A DNA stretch of 64,000 nucleotides from the sequence record PZ445439.1, one strand, 5' to 3'. The notes under the pieces are model-generated. The model had not been told where the DNA came from. It did not search any database and saw only the letters and a list, made by a program, of their open reading frames with translations. The DNA comes from a phage. The position numbers were made by a program, and so were the translations under genes. This document shows positions 31,192-42,367 of this stretch, one piece after another (position 1 is the stretch's first letter; each line of letters begins with the position of its first letter).

Positions 31192-31385
31192 ACTAATTCC
31201 TTTAATCCGTAGATAGGAGATAATTCATCACCCATACGAAGGTCTTCATTTCCATCTACCCAGGAAACAATATAAGCCTCTTTTATTTGAATACCACTCC
31301 ATTTAAATGGAGGTAGAACCTTAGAAATTAATCCAGGTATACCAACTCCCTTTAATTCAACGGTTTGACCTAAAAAGAATTTCAT
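31188..31385 (-). CDS. Hypothetical small early protein
   Basis: ORF track; ATG start; overlaps neighbours. Confidence 0.6.
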   Translation of the reverse strand: MKFFLGQTVELKGVGIPGLISKVLPPFKWSGIQIKEAYIVSWVDGNEDLRMGDELSPIYGLKELV

Positions 31386-31672
31386 TAAAACCTCATCTGA
31401 AAACCATGCGATTTAACGTTACCACCGCCAATATCAGAAATATTAATTTCACGCGCAATTGAAGGGTCAATGTCAATTTCACGATTGAGTTTAGTGATAG
31501 CTAAAGTATCGCGCCCATTTACAGTACGGAACTCTAAAGGACAAACCACATCAACGTAGTTTTTAATCGATTCGCTAGTAGGTTGCAAATGAGCAGGAAG
31601 GTCTTTGGGCGCCTTTGAGAAAACCACTTCACAGAAATTTTTGCGGGTATCAAAATAAGTAGTCATAAACAT
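31385..31672 (-). CDS. Hypothetical small early protein
   Basis: ORF track; ATG start. Confidence 0.6.
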   Translation of the reverse strand: MFMTTYFDTRKNFCEVVFSKAPKDLPAHLQPTSESIKNYVDVVCPLEFRTVNGRDTLAITKLNREIDIDPSIAREINISDIGGGNVKSHGFQMRF

Positions 31673-31714
31673 AATATTTTCCTCAGTAAGGGGCCGAAGC
31701 CCCTCATTTTATTT

Positions 31715-32080
31715 TTAAATATCAAATTCGTTAAGAACTACATCAAAGATTGCTTCCAAGTGCTCAGGTTTAGCTTTGTTACTCAGAATATGACGAATCC
31801 AAGTTTTAACTAAGAGTTTACGATTAGCACCATTCCAGCAAGGATGAGTCCCTAAATCGCGTTGGCGGAAATCATCATCCAGAGCGATTTTGAAGTTGGA
31901 ACCTTTCATCGTGATTGAAACCGTGATACCGTTTTCAAATCGCATATAAACGTAGTTAGGAGTCATATACTGTTCAATTTCGCATACTGATCCGTTTTGA
32001 TGTTTCCAGAGGCAAATAGTATCAATAGAACCTGCAATACCATTAGAAACATATTTACGTTCAAAGTTGATGTAGTTCAT
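31715..32080 (-). CDS. Hypothetical protein, start set to ATG at 32080 (GGAG Shine-Dalgarno; track ORF begins at TTG 32092)
   Basis: ORF track; manual start check. Confidence 0.6.
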   Translation of the reverse strand: MNYINFERKYVSNGIAGSIDTICLWKHQNGSVCEIEQYMTPNYVYMRFENGITVSITMKGSNFKIALDDDFRQRDLGTHPCWNGANRKLLVKTWIRHILSNKAKPEHLEAIFDVVLNEFDI

Positions 32081-32147
32081 TTTATTCTCCAAGATGTTTA
32101 ATTGCGGTACAGGTATATAATATCATATCCTGTACCAAAGTAAACAA

Positions 32148-32480
32148 TTATTTTACTACTTTCCAATGCTGCATGTCAAGTTTACCAACTTTTTTCATCT
32201 TCTCAATTAAGCGTTCTGCACGTTGGCGAGCTGTAACATAATGCCATTCGCCTAATTCATTTTGTTCAATTTTTCCAACGATTACTGTATTCAATTCATA
32301 AATCCAACCAGTAAAGAAATTATGAACTTGAATTGTAAAGGTGAAATCTGTTCCCATACCTTCTGTTGTTTCTACTTCAATAATATCACCTTCAACTGCC
32401 ATTAAGAACCACATAGTTTCATTATATTTACCATTGAAGCATTTAGTTTTAACTGCAGCGTTCAGATTAATCGTTTTCAT
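32148..32480 (-). CDS. Hypothetical protein, 110 aa
   Basis: ORF track; ATG start; early-promoter-like GTTTAC box upstream. Confidence 0.6.
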   Translation of the reverse strand: MKTINLNAAVKTKCFNGKYNETMWFLMAVEGDIIEVETTEGMGTDFTFTIQVHNFFTGWIYELNTVIVGKIEQNELGEWHYVTARQRAERLIEKMKKVGKLDMQHWKVVK

Positions 32481-32530
32481 TTTATTCTCCTTTGTTTGTG
32501 TAAGATAATACTATCACAAAGGAACCATAC

Positions 32531-32537
32531 TGTAAAC
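32531..32537 (-). promoter_or_regulatory. Early-promoter-like -35 box GTTTACA (minus strand) upstream of the gene starting at 32480
   Basis: Plus tgtaaac; TA-rich -10 candidate about 18 nt downstream on minus strand. Confidence 0.45.
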
Positions 32538-32567
32538 AACTTTGTGCAATCTTTGGAAAATAAAAAA

Positions 32568-32585
32568 GGACTCCCGAAGGAGTCC
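32568..32585 (-). terminator. Rho-independent terminator after the small basic-protein gene (minus strand)
   Basis: ggactcc-cgaa-ggagtcc; minus strand followed by TTTTTTATTTT. Confidence 0.75.
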
Positions 32586-32590
32586 TCAAC

Positions 32591-32767
32591 TTATGCTTTC
32601 TGCTTACCAAAACGAGAAGCATCATCTCGAAGAACCGCACGTGCTCGGCGCATGATCTTCTCAACAGTTTGATTGATACGAGAGTTCGACCCACGCTTGT
32701 AGCCAGCGCGTTTAGAATCACCAACTTTCTTTTCAACTGCTTTCTTTGCTTTAGCTTGTTTTGCCAT
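32591..32767 (-). CDS. Small basic Lys/Arg-rich protein (58 aa from ATG 32767; a longer 72-aa form from ATG 32809 is possible)
   Basis: ORF track; strong hairpin-plus-T-run terminator directly after stop. Confidence 0.5.
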   Translation of the reverse strand: MAKQAKAKKAVEKKVGDSKRAGYKRGSNSRINQTVEKIMRRARAVLRDDASRFGKQKA

Positions 32768-33055
32768 TATAAATTCTCTTTTAAATGAAAATGCAGGACT
32801 TATTGGCATTGCCTGCGAAAGCCCTCAAAGGGGTACTTAGGTTTTGAATATTTACCGACAGGATAACCATAAACCCGTCATCATACCACCAAGACTTACA
32901 CAGATAACACTTTTCTGACGCATGATAGTAACATTCAAGAGGTACACCATAAAACTGCCGGGGTCTTAAAACTATAATGATTCGCAAATCATTAATCAGA
33001 CAGTTCGACGGCTCCTCGTTTTAACTTCACACTAAGGCAGTGACTCTCCAATAAA

Positions 33056-33304
33056 TTACTTCAGTGTTACCACAAAGTGACGAACTGCTTTTCGTGCGGC
33101 AGAAGCCAGAGGCTTAGCATATTTAAGTTCATCTTTTTCCTGAAGCTCAGCAGCTAATGCAGTTTGAGCAGGATTCAGATGTTTGAAATAACGCAGGATT
33201 TCAAGAGCTTCGGCTTCAACATCAATAGATGCGCCATAGTTTTCGTGACCATTATTCCATGCGTTTCGTTGCAGTTCAAGAGCGTGTTGTAATTGTTTAA
33301 TCAT
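33056..33304 (-). CDS. rIII: rIII lysis inhibition accessory protein (82 aa)
   Basis: ORF track; size and sequence match recalled T4 rIII; synteny next to gene 31. Confidence 0.88.
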   Translation of the reverse strand: MIKQLQHALELQRNAWNNGHENYGASIDVEAEALEILRYFKHLNPAQTALAAELQEKDELKYAKPLASAARKAVRHFVVTLK

Positions 33305-33443
33305 TTAAAAATTCTCGTTAGAGATTAAAACTCGGTAGTCACGTTCTTCTGAATTTCATCTTCTTTCGACAGATCTCTCAGTTGTAGACTACCACATAGA
33401 ATTGTTCGGTTAACTTATTATTCCGACACCCAATTCATATTAT

Positions 33444-33451
33444 TATTTATA
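33444..33451 (-). promoter_or_regulatory. Late promoter TATAAATA (minus strand) between gene 31 and rIII
   Basis: Plus tatttata abutting gene 31 stop. Confidence 0.5.
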
Positions 33452-33787
33452 TCACTTATAAAGACACGGAATAGCTTTATAATGACAGGTAACGAATTTT
33501 TGTTTAATTTCTTTTGGCTGCTTAAGACCCAGAGCTACAAAAGGATGCGGAACATTTCGAATTTGACCAACTGGAAGAGAAGTCAAATCACCAACTTCAC
33601 AAAAACCTTCAGGAACATCAGGACCGACAGAGTGAATTACGCACAGTTCAGGAACTTCACCTTGAACACGTTTACCGATAATAAGCCCTGATTCTGTAAC
33701 TTCTTCATCACCGGCTTGTGCAGGTTCAGAAACTAAAATAACATATTCACCGACAGCACGAATTGGTAGCTGTTGTACTTCAGACAT
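33452..33787 (-). CDS. 31: gp31 co-chaperonin (GroES analogue, 111 aa)
   Basis: ORF track; matches recalled T4 gp31; middle promoter upstream. Confidence 0.92.
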   Translation of the reverse strand: MSEVQQLPIRAVGEYVILVSEPAQAGDEEVTESGLIIGKRVQGEVPELCVIHSVGPDVPEGFCEVGDLTSLPVGQIRNVPHPFVALGLKQPKEIKQKFVTCHYKAIPCLYK

Positions 33788-33811
33788 CGTTTTTCCTTTT
33801 TGTTAACAGAT

Positions 33812-33845
33812 GAGTTAATAATAACAAATAATTCTTAAAGCATTT
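33812..33845 (-). promoter_or_regulatory. MotA-dependent middle promoter for gene 31 (aaaTGCTTtA, 12-bp spacer, TATTAT)
   Basis: Minus strand AAATGCTTTAAGAATTATTTGTTATTAT. Confidence 0.65.
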
Positions 33846-34152
33846 ATTTACCAATAAATTGGAGCAAATGCTCAACTTTCATACCATTAACTGAAATCAA
33901 TTTGTCAATAGAAAAACCTCGCCATGCACCGAGTTCAACATCAAATACTGGAATCATATCAGTAGATTCTTTCCGAGTAGATTCAGTCAATTTACCGGTT
34001 TGCATGGTTGGCATAAAGTCAGCATCACGAGTACCTTTCATAGTACGAATAGTACCATCAGACTTTTCAAAAACTACGTTTGAAATACCCATGGACAATT
34101 TAGTTTTCAAAATTTCGCGAATTGCTACTTTCTGGTCAGTCGTCAGTTTCAT
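33844..34152 (-). CDS. Hypothetical protein (T4 31.1 position)
   Basis: ORF track; ATG start; synteny. Confidence 0.65.
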   Translation of the reverse strand: MKLTTDQKVAIREILKTKLSMGISNVVFEKSDGTIRTMKGTRDADFMPTMQTGKLTESTRKESTDMIPVFDVELGAWRGFSIDKLISVNGMKVEHLLQFIGK

Positions 34153-34389
34153 TTATTTACCTATTACAGTTTTAATATGAGTTGTTCCACGTTCTTTAAG
34201 AGTGGAAAGTAATTTTTGGCATTTTTCTAAATCAGATTTCCAACTGTGTGGTCTATCAATACAAACCCAGCTTGTCTTATAATACTGCTTCCATTTAGAG
34301 AAAAAATATTTCTTATACTCTACAGCAAATGCAATGTTCTCATTAGAATAAGAACTGATTGCTGTGAGCTGTACCAAACGAAATTTCAT
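34153..34389 (-). CDS. Hypothetical protein (T4 31.2 position)
   Basis: ORF track; ATG start; synteny. Confidence 0.6.
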   Translation of the reverse strand: MKFRLVQLTAISSYSNENIAFAVEYKKYFFSKWKQYYKTSWVCIDRPHSWKSDLEKCQKLLSTLKERGTTHIKTVIGK

Positions 34390-34970
34390 TATTCACCACA
34401 GAATTCGTTGATATTTTCCCAGTTTAACTTATTCAAGTTTTTCTTAGGAACATTAAACACTTCAATACCTGCATTTCGCAGAATATCATCCCAGCCGGGT
34501 TTATTTTTATCGTATGTTTCACAATAAACCAGCTTTTTAATACCGGATTGAGCTATCGCTTTTGCGCAATCTGGACAAGGAGAAAGTGTTACATACATAG
34601 TAGCACCTTCAATTGAAGAACCATTTCGTGCAGCAAACAAAATTGCATTTAGTTCAGCATGAATTTCATTTTTAGACGACCATTCAGAGTGAGCACTGCG
34701 ATGTTCTTTCGCCAAGACAAAGCGATCAGTTGAACCAAACGATACACATTCAGGCTTATGACCTTGAATGATAGTATGTTTAGGCTTATTCAGCAACCAA
34801 CCTTGCTCAGCAGCATAATCGCAGCAATTCACACCGCCTGCAGGCGAACCGTTATATCCAGTAGAAATAATACGTCCATTCTTTTCAATTACTGCTCCTA
34901 CCTTCCAAGAGCAACATTTTGATTCTTGTGATACTAAATATGCAATTTGAAGTACTGTACTCGCTTTCAT
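34389..34970 (-). CDS. cd: dCMP deaminase (193 aa)
   Basis: ORF track; zinc-binding cytidine/dCMP deaminase motifs; T4 Cd size. Confidence 0.92.
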   Translation of the reverse strand: MKASTVLQIAYLVSQESKCCSWKVGAVIEKNGRIISTGYNGSPAGGVNCCDYAAEQGWLLNKPKHTIIQGHKPECVSFGSTDRFVLAKEHRSAHSEWSSKNEIHAELNAILFAARNGSSIEGATMYVTLSPCPDCAKAIAQSGIKKLVYCETYDKNKPGWDDILRNAGIEVFNVPKKNLNKLNWENINEFCGE

Positions 34971-35305
34971 TTCATAATCACCAGATAAGCAGATTTAGCA
35001 GTTTCAACACGATAAATTTCGTGACGAAGTTTAGTTATACTTTTAATAACAGAACTAATTATATTCTGCCCATCTTTAAAGCGGTTTTTCTTATCAATAA
35101 AAATTGCACCAGCCATCTTTTTGTGAAGCTCAACTGGATACTTCGTCACAATAATAGCATCATACACAGAAGGATGAATACTATTCACTAGAGTATCATT
35201 CATTAAAGTTATTCTAATGAACTGTGCTGTTTCAGAATCAAGCGCTCTATGATCGCCAGTATCATTTTCAAGACAATTATCAATTATATCAGTTAAATTC
35301 ATCAT
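34967..35305 (-). CDS. Hypothetical protein (cd-pseT interval)
   Basis: ORF track; ATG start; overlaps cd. Confidence 0.6.
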   Translation of the reverse strand: MMNLTDIIDNCLENDTGDHRALDSETAQFIRITLMNDTLVNSIHPSVYDAIIVTKYPVELHKKMAGAIFIDKKNRFKDGQNIISSVIKSITKLRHEIYRVETAKSAYLVIMK

Positions 35306-35538
35306 AGTACGCCATACACCCTTTGTGCTTCAACTAATCCATCAAAATCCAGTTTAAGATGTGTTATTTGGTCACCATCGCCTGGATTCACAATTACTAA
35401 TACTGAACGAGGAGTTTCGGTAATAACACGAACCGATGTTTCAGGAAATCGTTCAGAAACCTTATTTACCAATTCCTGAGCAAATAGTTTAACTTTTTCT
35501 TGGAATTCTTTAGTAGTAATTGGTTTTTCACTTAGCAT
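35302..35538 (-). CDS. Hypothetical protein (cd-pseT interval)
   Basis: ORF track; ATG start. Confidence 0.6.
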   Translation of the reverse strand: MLSEKPITTKEFQEKVKLFAQELVNKVSERFPETSVRVITETPRSVLVIVNPGDGDQITHLKLDFDGLVEAQRVYGVL

Positions 35539-35789
35539 GTTGATCCCAGCTCCTTACTTTCAACGTTTTTAACTAATTTGACAGAAACTAATTCGGCATC
35601 TTGGGTAATCATTACCGGGCCTTCTTCATATTTTTCAAGATATTCTAGAGCTTTCTTTTTAGCTTCTTCCTTCGTATCAGTTTGAGCATAGATATAAAAC
35701 ATGCAACCAGTAATACCTACTACTTTCCACTTAATTTCTTTATCAGTTTTAAAGCGATAAACCTTATCTTCTTCAAACCATTCGCTCAT
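35532..35789 (-). CDS. Hypothetical protein (cd-pseT interval)
   Basis: ORF track; ATG start. Confidence 0.6.
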   Translation of the reverse strand: MSEWFEEDKVYRFKTDKEIKWKVVGITGCMFYIYAQTDTKEEAKKKALEYLEKYEEGPVMITQDAELVSVKLVKNVESKELGSTC

Positions 35790-35851
35790 TTCAATTTCCT
35801 CATTTGTTTTGGTAGAGCTATAATATCACAACTCTACCGTAAAGTAAACTA

Positions 35852-36127
35852 TTAAATCGCTTTGAATTCTGACGTCTGTGATTCAAAGCGAATGTCGCCT
35901 TTGATAACTAACTCAGCATCAAGACCAAATACAACAATGATATGCGCGGAACCTGGATACAGCGTAATGGCAACAGAATCCACCTGGTCTGGAAGCAAAG
36001 TGTTTAATACATGAGTCACTTGAGCATGGATTCGAAGTTCGGCTGCGTTATCAAGCTTTTCAAACATATTATTAGCGATAATTTGACTAAACACTACTTC
36101 TACGATTTTAGAATAAGTCGGAAACAT
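35852..36127 (-). CDS. Hypothetical protein (cd-pseT interval)
   Basis: ORF track; ATG start. Confidence 0.6.
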   Translation of the reverse strand: MFPTYSKIVEVVFSQIIANNMFEKLDNAAELRIHAQVTHVLNTLLPDQVDSVAITLYPGSAHIIVVFGLDAELVIKGDIRFESQTSEFKAI

Positions 36128-36129
36128 AT

Positions 36130-36330
36130 TTACCTCACATAATTTTCTTCAAGCCAATCAATAACATCCAAAGCGTTATCAAAAGTTGAACCATCTACTT
36201 TGTCTTCTGTTTCATAATCAAGAACATCTAAGCCTACTCTTCCGTCAACAATAGGCCATAAACAAAATAGATATTTCTTTTCTTTTTCAATTTTATCACA
36301 AAGACGATAAATCTTTTCTATGTTATTCAT
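36130..36330 (-). CDS. Hypothetical protein (cd-pseT interval)
   Basis: ORF track; ATG start. Confidence 0.55.
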   Translation of the reverse strand: MNNIEKIYRLCDKIEKEKKYLFCLWPIVDGRVGLDVLDYETEDKVDGSTFDNALDVIDWLEENYVR

Positions 36331-36519
36331 AAGTTTTCCATGGTAAAGGCAGTTTAGTTTTCTTTACTGTTAGTTCAACATCAGGATTCTTTTCTCTCAA
36401 TTTAAGACATTCCTCCCAAGCTCTGATTTCACTAGTGAATACACAAAATTGCCCATTACTAGTACCGACTAAACCACTATTTACAATAACAATAGCCCAA
36501 GTTTCATGATGCCACGCCA

Positions 36520-36520
<1 letters not shown>
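36323..36520 (-). CDS. Hypothetical protein, start set to ATG at 36520 (TAATG overlap with pseT stop); track start 36550 would overlap pseT by 31 nt
   Basis: ORF track; manual start check. Confidence 0.5.
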
Positions 36521-37723
<1,203 letters not shown>

Positions 37724-37727
<4 letters not shown>

Positions 37728-37954
37728 TTATTTTTCTCAACCAATGATTGAATATAATCATGCAGGTCTTTAGATGCTTTACCCCACTTATTTTGGTATT
37801 CATTTTTAAGATTAGCACGTGATTGAGCTAATAAAACATCATTAGTTGGAGGTAAAGATTCTAATCGTTGAATCTGACGTCCATAAATCATTGCTGCCAT
37901 CTCTGATTCATAAATCAATCCTTTGAGATGTTCAAATTGATGCCATGAAATCAT
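37724..37954 (-). CDS. Hypothetical protein, 76 aa
   Basis: ORF track; ATG start. Confidence 0.6.
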
Positions 37955-38250
37955 TTACATTTATCCTCTTTTAACTCTTGACGATAATAACATATCATAG
38001 TTTTCTGGTCATGTACATATCGTTTTACATCATTAAGCCAAATACGAAATTCCTGAGAATCTTCAAATGGCATACCGACCCAAGCTTTACCATCGATAAC
38101 TTTAACTTGCCAAGATAGTTTAGCTTCGTCATATGACTTTATTTGCACAGGCCAATTAGGATGAACTGTTTCTTTCTTTACTTCTAGAGGCTTTGTCGAA
38201 CAACCAACTAGAAGACCAATAGATAATATTACTGCTGATAGTTTAATCAT
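37951..38250 (-). CDS. pseT.2: Outer-membrane spanin lipoprotein (o-spanin; T4 PseT.2 equivalent)
   Basis: N-terminal signal with lipobox LVGC; small size; directly downstream of an i-spanin-like gene. Confidence 0.75.
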   Translation of the reverse strand: MIKLSAVILSIGLLVGCSTKPLEVKKETVHPNWPVQIKSYDEAKLSWQVKVIDGKAWVGMPFEDSQEFRIWLNDVKRYVHDQKTMICYYRQELKEDKCK

Positions 38251-38600
38251 TTAGAAAGGTCCTGGATGTCTTCTGCGAACTTGTTGAAGGAGTTGTTGAT
38301 TTGTTTTTCAACCAATCCTGGCTTATGAGCCACCACATCCGCCTTCTTTGCGTCTTTGCGCAGCTTTTCATTTTCACGCTCAATTGCAGCAATTGATTCA
38401 CGATTTTTATTATTCATTGCATCAATATAATTATATTGATTTTTTAAATCATTTAATGCTAAGGCGTTTTCATTGGCCGTTTTTGTAATTTCTACAACAG
38501 ACGTTTCTAATCTTTCAATTTTATTTTTTAAAATTAAAGAAGTTCCGCCCAATGCAATTACAATTAATAACAAGCCTGCTGTCGTATTACTTAATTGCAT
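38247..38600 (-). CDS. pseT.3: Inner-membrane spanin (i-spanin; T4 PseT.3 equivalent)
   Basis: N-terminal transmembrane segment followed by coiled-coil-like region; paired with lipoprotein gene. Confidence 0.75.
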   Translation of the reverse strand: MQLSNTTAGLLLIVIALGGTSLILKNKIERLETSVVEITKTANENALALNDLKNQYNYIDAMNNKNRESIAAIERENEKLRKDAKKADVVAHKPGLVEKQINNSFNKFAEDIQDLSK

Positions 38601-39097
38601 AAAGTTTTAATAACCTCTATAATATCGTCTTGAGAAAGACCGTTAATTAAAATATGATGTTCCGCCGGAGATTTAGAAATTTTAAAGCATGCCGCAACAT
38701 CTTCTGCCATATCTGATGCGCTACGATTTGGATTACTAATTCCAAGACGATGTTTTCCCGTTAAAGGATTAACGATAATATAGCATTTACAGCTATTGAT
38801 ATGAACATTAGGTTGAGTCTGATTAATGAACACTTCACAATCATACTTAGCGAGTTGATTTTCTAAAAAGACTTTCATCTCCTCAACCGCATCAGGAAGC
38901 ATATCACGGGCTTGCTCAAGACGACGATTTCGATATTCTTTAATGGTCGTTTTCCGCTTGACTTGCTTAGCTAAATCTTTCTTAAGATCGGTGATATATC
39001 CAACTCGACGATTTCCTTTGAATACAGAAATCCCATCTGTAGTATCACCGTATGCTTCAACGACCATTTCAGTAGTAATAAGCTGTAAATCCATCAT
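38591..39097 (-). CDS. alc: Alc, inhibitor of host transcription on cytosine-containing DNA (167-168 aa)
   Basis: ORF track; size and synteny as T4 alc; early promoter upstream. Confidence 0.85.
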   Translation of the reverse strand: MMDLQLITTEMVVEAYGDTTDGISVFKGNRRVGYITDLKKDLAKQVKRKTTIKEYRNRRLEQARDMLPDAVEEMKVFLENQLAKYDCEVFINQTQPNVHINSCKCYIIVNPLTGKHRLGISNPNRSASDMAEDVAACFKISKSPAEHHILINGLSQDDIIEVIKTLCN

Positions 39098-39117
39098 AAA
39101 GTCCTCATGTTATGTCA

Positions 39118-39156
39118 GTAAGACTACTGTAACACAACATGAGGGACTTGTAAACA
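39118..39156 (-). promoter_or_regulatory. T4-type early promoter (-35 GTTTAC, -10 TACAGT) driving alc; near-identical to the element at 23516-23572
   Basis: Minus strand GTTTACaagtccctcatgttgtgtTACAGT. Confidence 0.6.
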
Positions 39157-39158
39157 GC

Positions 39159-40746
<1,588 letters not shown>

Positions 40747-40754
40747 AATAAAAT

Positions 40755-40768
40755 GGGCCTTGCGGCCC
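40755..40768 (-). terminator. Stem-loop/terminator between nrdB and denA (minus strand)
   Basis: gggcc-ttgc-ggccc; minus strand followed by ATTTTATT. Confidence 0.55.
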
Positions 40769-40773
40769 ACTCC

Positions 40774-41276
40774 TTAAAAATATTTTTTAAAACTCATCAT
40801 AACTTTATCATCAACATCATTATCAATCTGTGCAACAAGATAAGATGACAGTTCTACTTCTTGTGGCGCGGATTGAACATTATCAGAATTAAGATATTCA
40901 CGAATCCAAGGATATGGGTGTTTAACCGGAGCATCGGTAATTGGGCATGGAAGACCACACTGTTTCATACGAGATACAGTTAAGTAATCAATAAAGCTCC
41001 ACATGTTATTTGTATTTAATCCAGGAACATCGCCATCTTTAAATAAATGAACTGCCCAATCTTTTTCTTGGCGGTTAACTTCCATGAAAATATCAACTGC
41101 TTCTTGTTCACACTCTTGAGCAATTTTAACCCATTCATCGCCATCAGTGCCAAGTTGAAGTTGACGAATAATATATTGAGTGCCTTTAAGGTGAAGCTGT
41201 TCATCACGTGCAATGAACTTCATAATCTTGGCATTGCCTTCCATGATTTCCATATTCTTGTGGAAGTTAAAGGTAC
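40774..41276 (-). CDS. nrdB: Ribonucleotide reductase small subunit NrdB, exon 2
   Basis: C-terminal half aligns to class Ia R2 (E. coli NrdB ...[23 protein letters not shown]...); junction codon TGT (Cys) is formed across the splice. Confidence 0.85.
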
Positions 41277-42367
41277 CGTTATGTTCGATTGAGCTCGCTA
41301 ATTCTCAACCCGTTCTCTTATGAACTGCTACATATTACTATGCAGACCAGACTATATCACAATCCCAGAGGGATTCTCCCCATTTCGAGTCGCTTGACCC
41401 TACGTCCGAAGACTAGTCGTTGAACCTTGCTTTGCAATTGTCGCCGTGCCATCGTTTATATGTTGATGGTGATAAATCTTTCTTATCACAATATGGACAA
41501 TTCAATTGAATTCTATTTGGATTTAATTTACATCTGTCATTATGTTTTAGATAAAATCCAGGACCTTTACCAATGTGACCACAAAAATCACATGTGATTT
41601 CTTTTTGTGCAGGATGGGTCCCGTTCTTAACCATTTCTAATGTTTTTGCTGATGTTCTTTTCTTATGGTCTTCTGATAAGAAATGATGTGAACCGTCATT
41701 TACCCGTTTTGATTGAGTTTCTGACTGCATTTTACCACCGCAAAATACATGAGTACCTTCTTTTATAGCTGCAATATTGCGTTCTTTAACTTTTGCAATA
41801 TGCTCAGCTTGTTGAAAATTATGTATACCTAATGCAACTCTATTTAAATTAGATTTACGCTGTATTTCACCGTCTAAAAGATGAAATGTACCATTTTCTA
41901 TCTTAGATTTAATAGAGGCAATATTTTTAGCTCGTACTTCAGGGATATTAAAAATCTGGATTTCTCTAGATTTTGCGGCTTTAGAAGCTAATTCAGAAAT
42001 TTCTTCAGGAGAATATTTCATTCTAAGCTTTATAGCATGACAAGCCTGGTAATCTTTTTGAGCTAAATGTATATCATAATGTTCCTGTATAGAAAGGCAC
42101 ATCAAATTATCTAAATCATTATTTTCACGGTTACCGTCTTTATGATGGATTTCGTATGTTCTTCCATCAGAATCTTTAGGTATAGGTCCGTTAGCATCTA
42201 TCCAAATTTTTCTATAGTTCAATTGTGCATCCTCTTAAAAGTATAATCATATTTATATTATACTAATTAAAGGTGCAAGCAAAACCTTGGCTGCTAGTTT
42301 TCCTATAAAGGACTTTCCAGCAATTAAAGGAGTTTTCGATAAACGTTACCGTTTAAAGGCGCATTTT
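41277..42367 (-). mobile_element. Group I self-splicing intron in nrdB (about 1091 nt) carrying an intact HNH homing endonuclease ORF
   Basis: nrdB reading frame interrupted by in-frame TAA after ...YVSFA; exon ends in U, intron ends in G; spliced frame restores conserved YVSFAC; internal 269-codon ORF. Confidence 0.85.
41413..42222 (-). CDS. Intron-encoded HNH homing endonuclease (I-TevIII-like, 269 aa; apparent non-ATG start)
   Basis: N-terminal HNH motif (EIHHKDGNRENNDLDNL) and C-terminal Cys clusters; 269 aa as recalled for full-length I-TevIII of phage RB3. Confidence 0.85.
   Translation of the reverse strand: MNYRKIWIDANGPIPKDSDGRTYEIHHKDGNRENNDLDNLMCLSIQEHYDIHLAQKDYQACHAIKLRMKYSPEEISELASKAAKSREIQIFNIPEVRAKNIASIKSKIENGTFHLLDGEIQRKSNLNRVALGIHNFQQAEHIAKVKERNIAAIKEGTHVFCGGKMQSETQSKRVNDGSHHFLSEDHKKRTSAKTLEMVKNGTHPAQKEITCDFCGHIGKGPGFYLKHNDRCKLNPNRIQLNCPYCDKKDLSPSTYKRWHGDNCKARFND

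Noticed and set aside
32482-32736. 84-aa ORF overlapping the small basic-protein gene in another frame
   Set aside because: Hydrophobic/Leu-Arg-rich composition typical of an antisense or out-of-frame artefact; the basic-protein frame has the ATG and the terminator placement.
32781-32987. 68-aa Cys-containing ORF in the rIII-proximal gap
   Set aside because: Initiates at TTG with no Shine-Dalgarno, and overlaps the start of the basic-protein gene; kept only as part of the ORF-poor gap finding.
37951-38600. Membrane protein plus lipoprotein pair as a superinfection-exclusion or novel envelope system
   Set aside because: Architecture (N-terminal transmembrane coiled-coil protein followed by a small lipoprotein) and position match the T4 spanin pair PseT.3/PseT.2.
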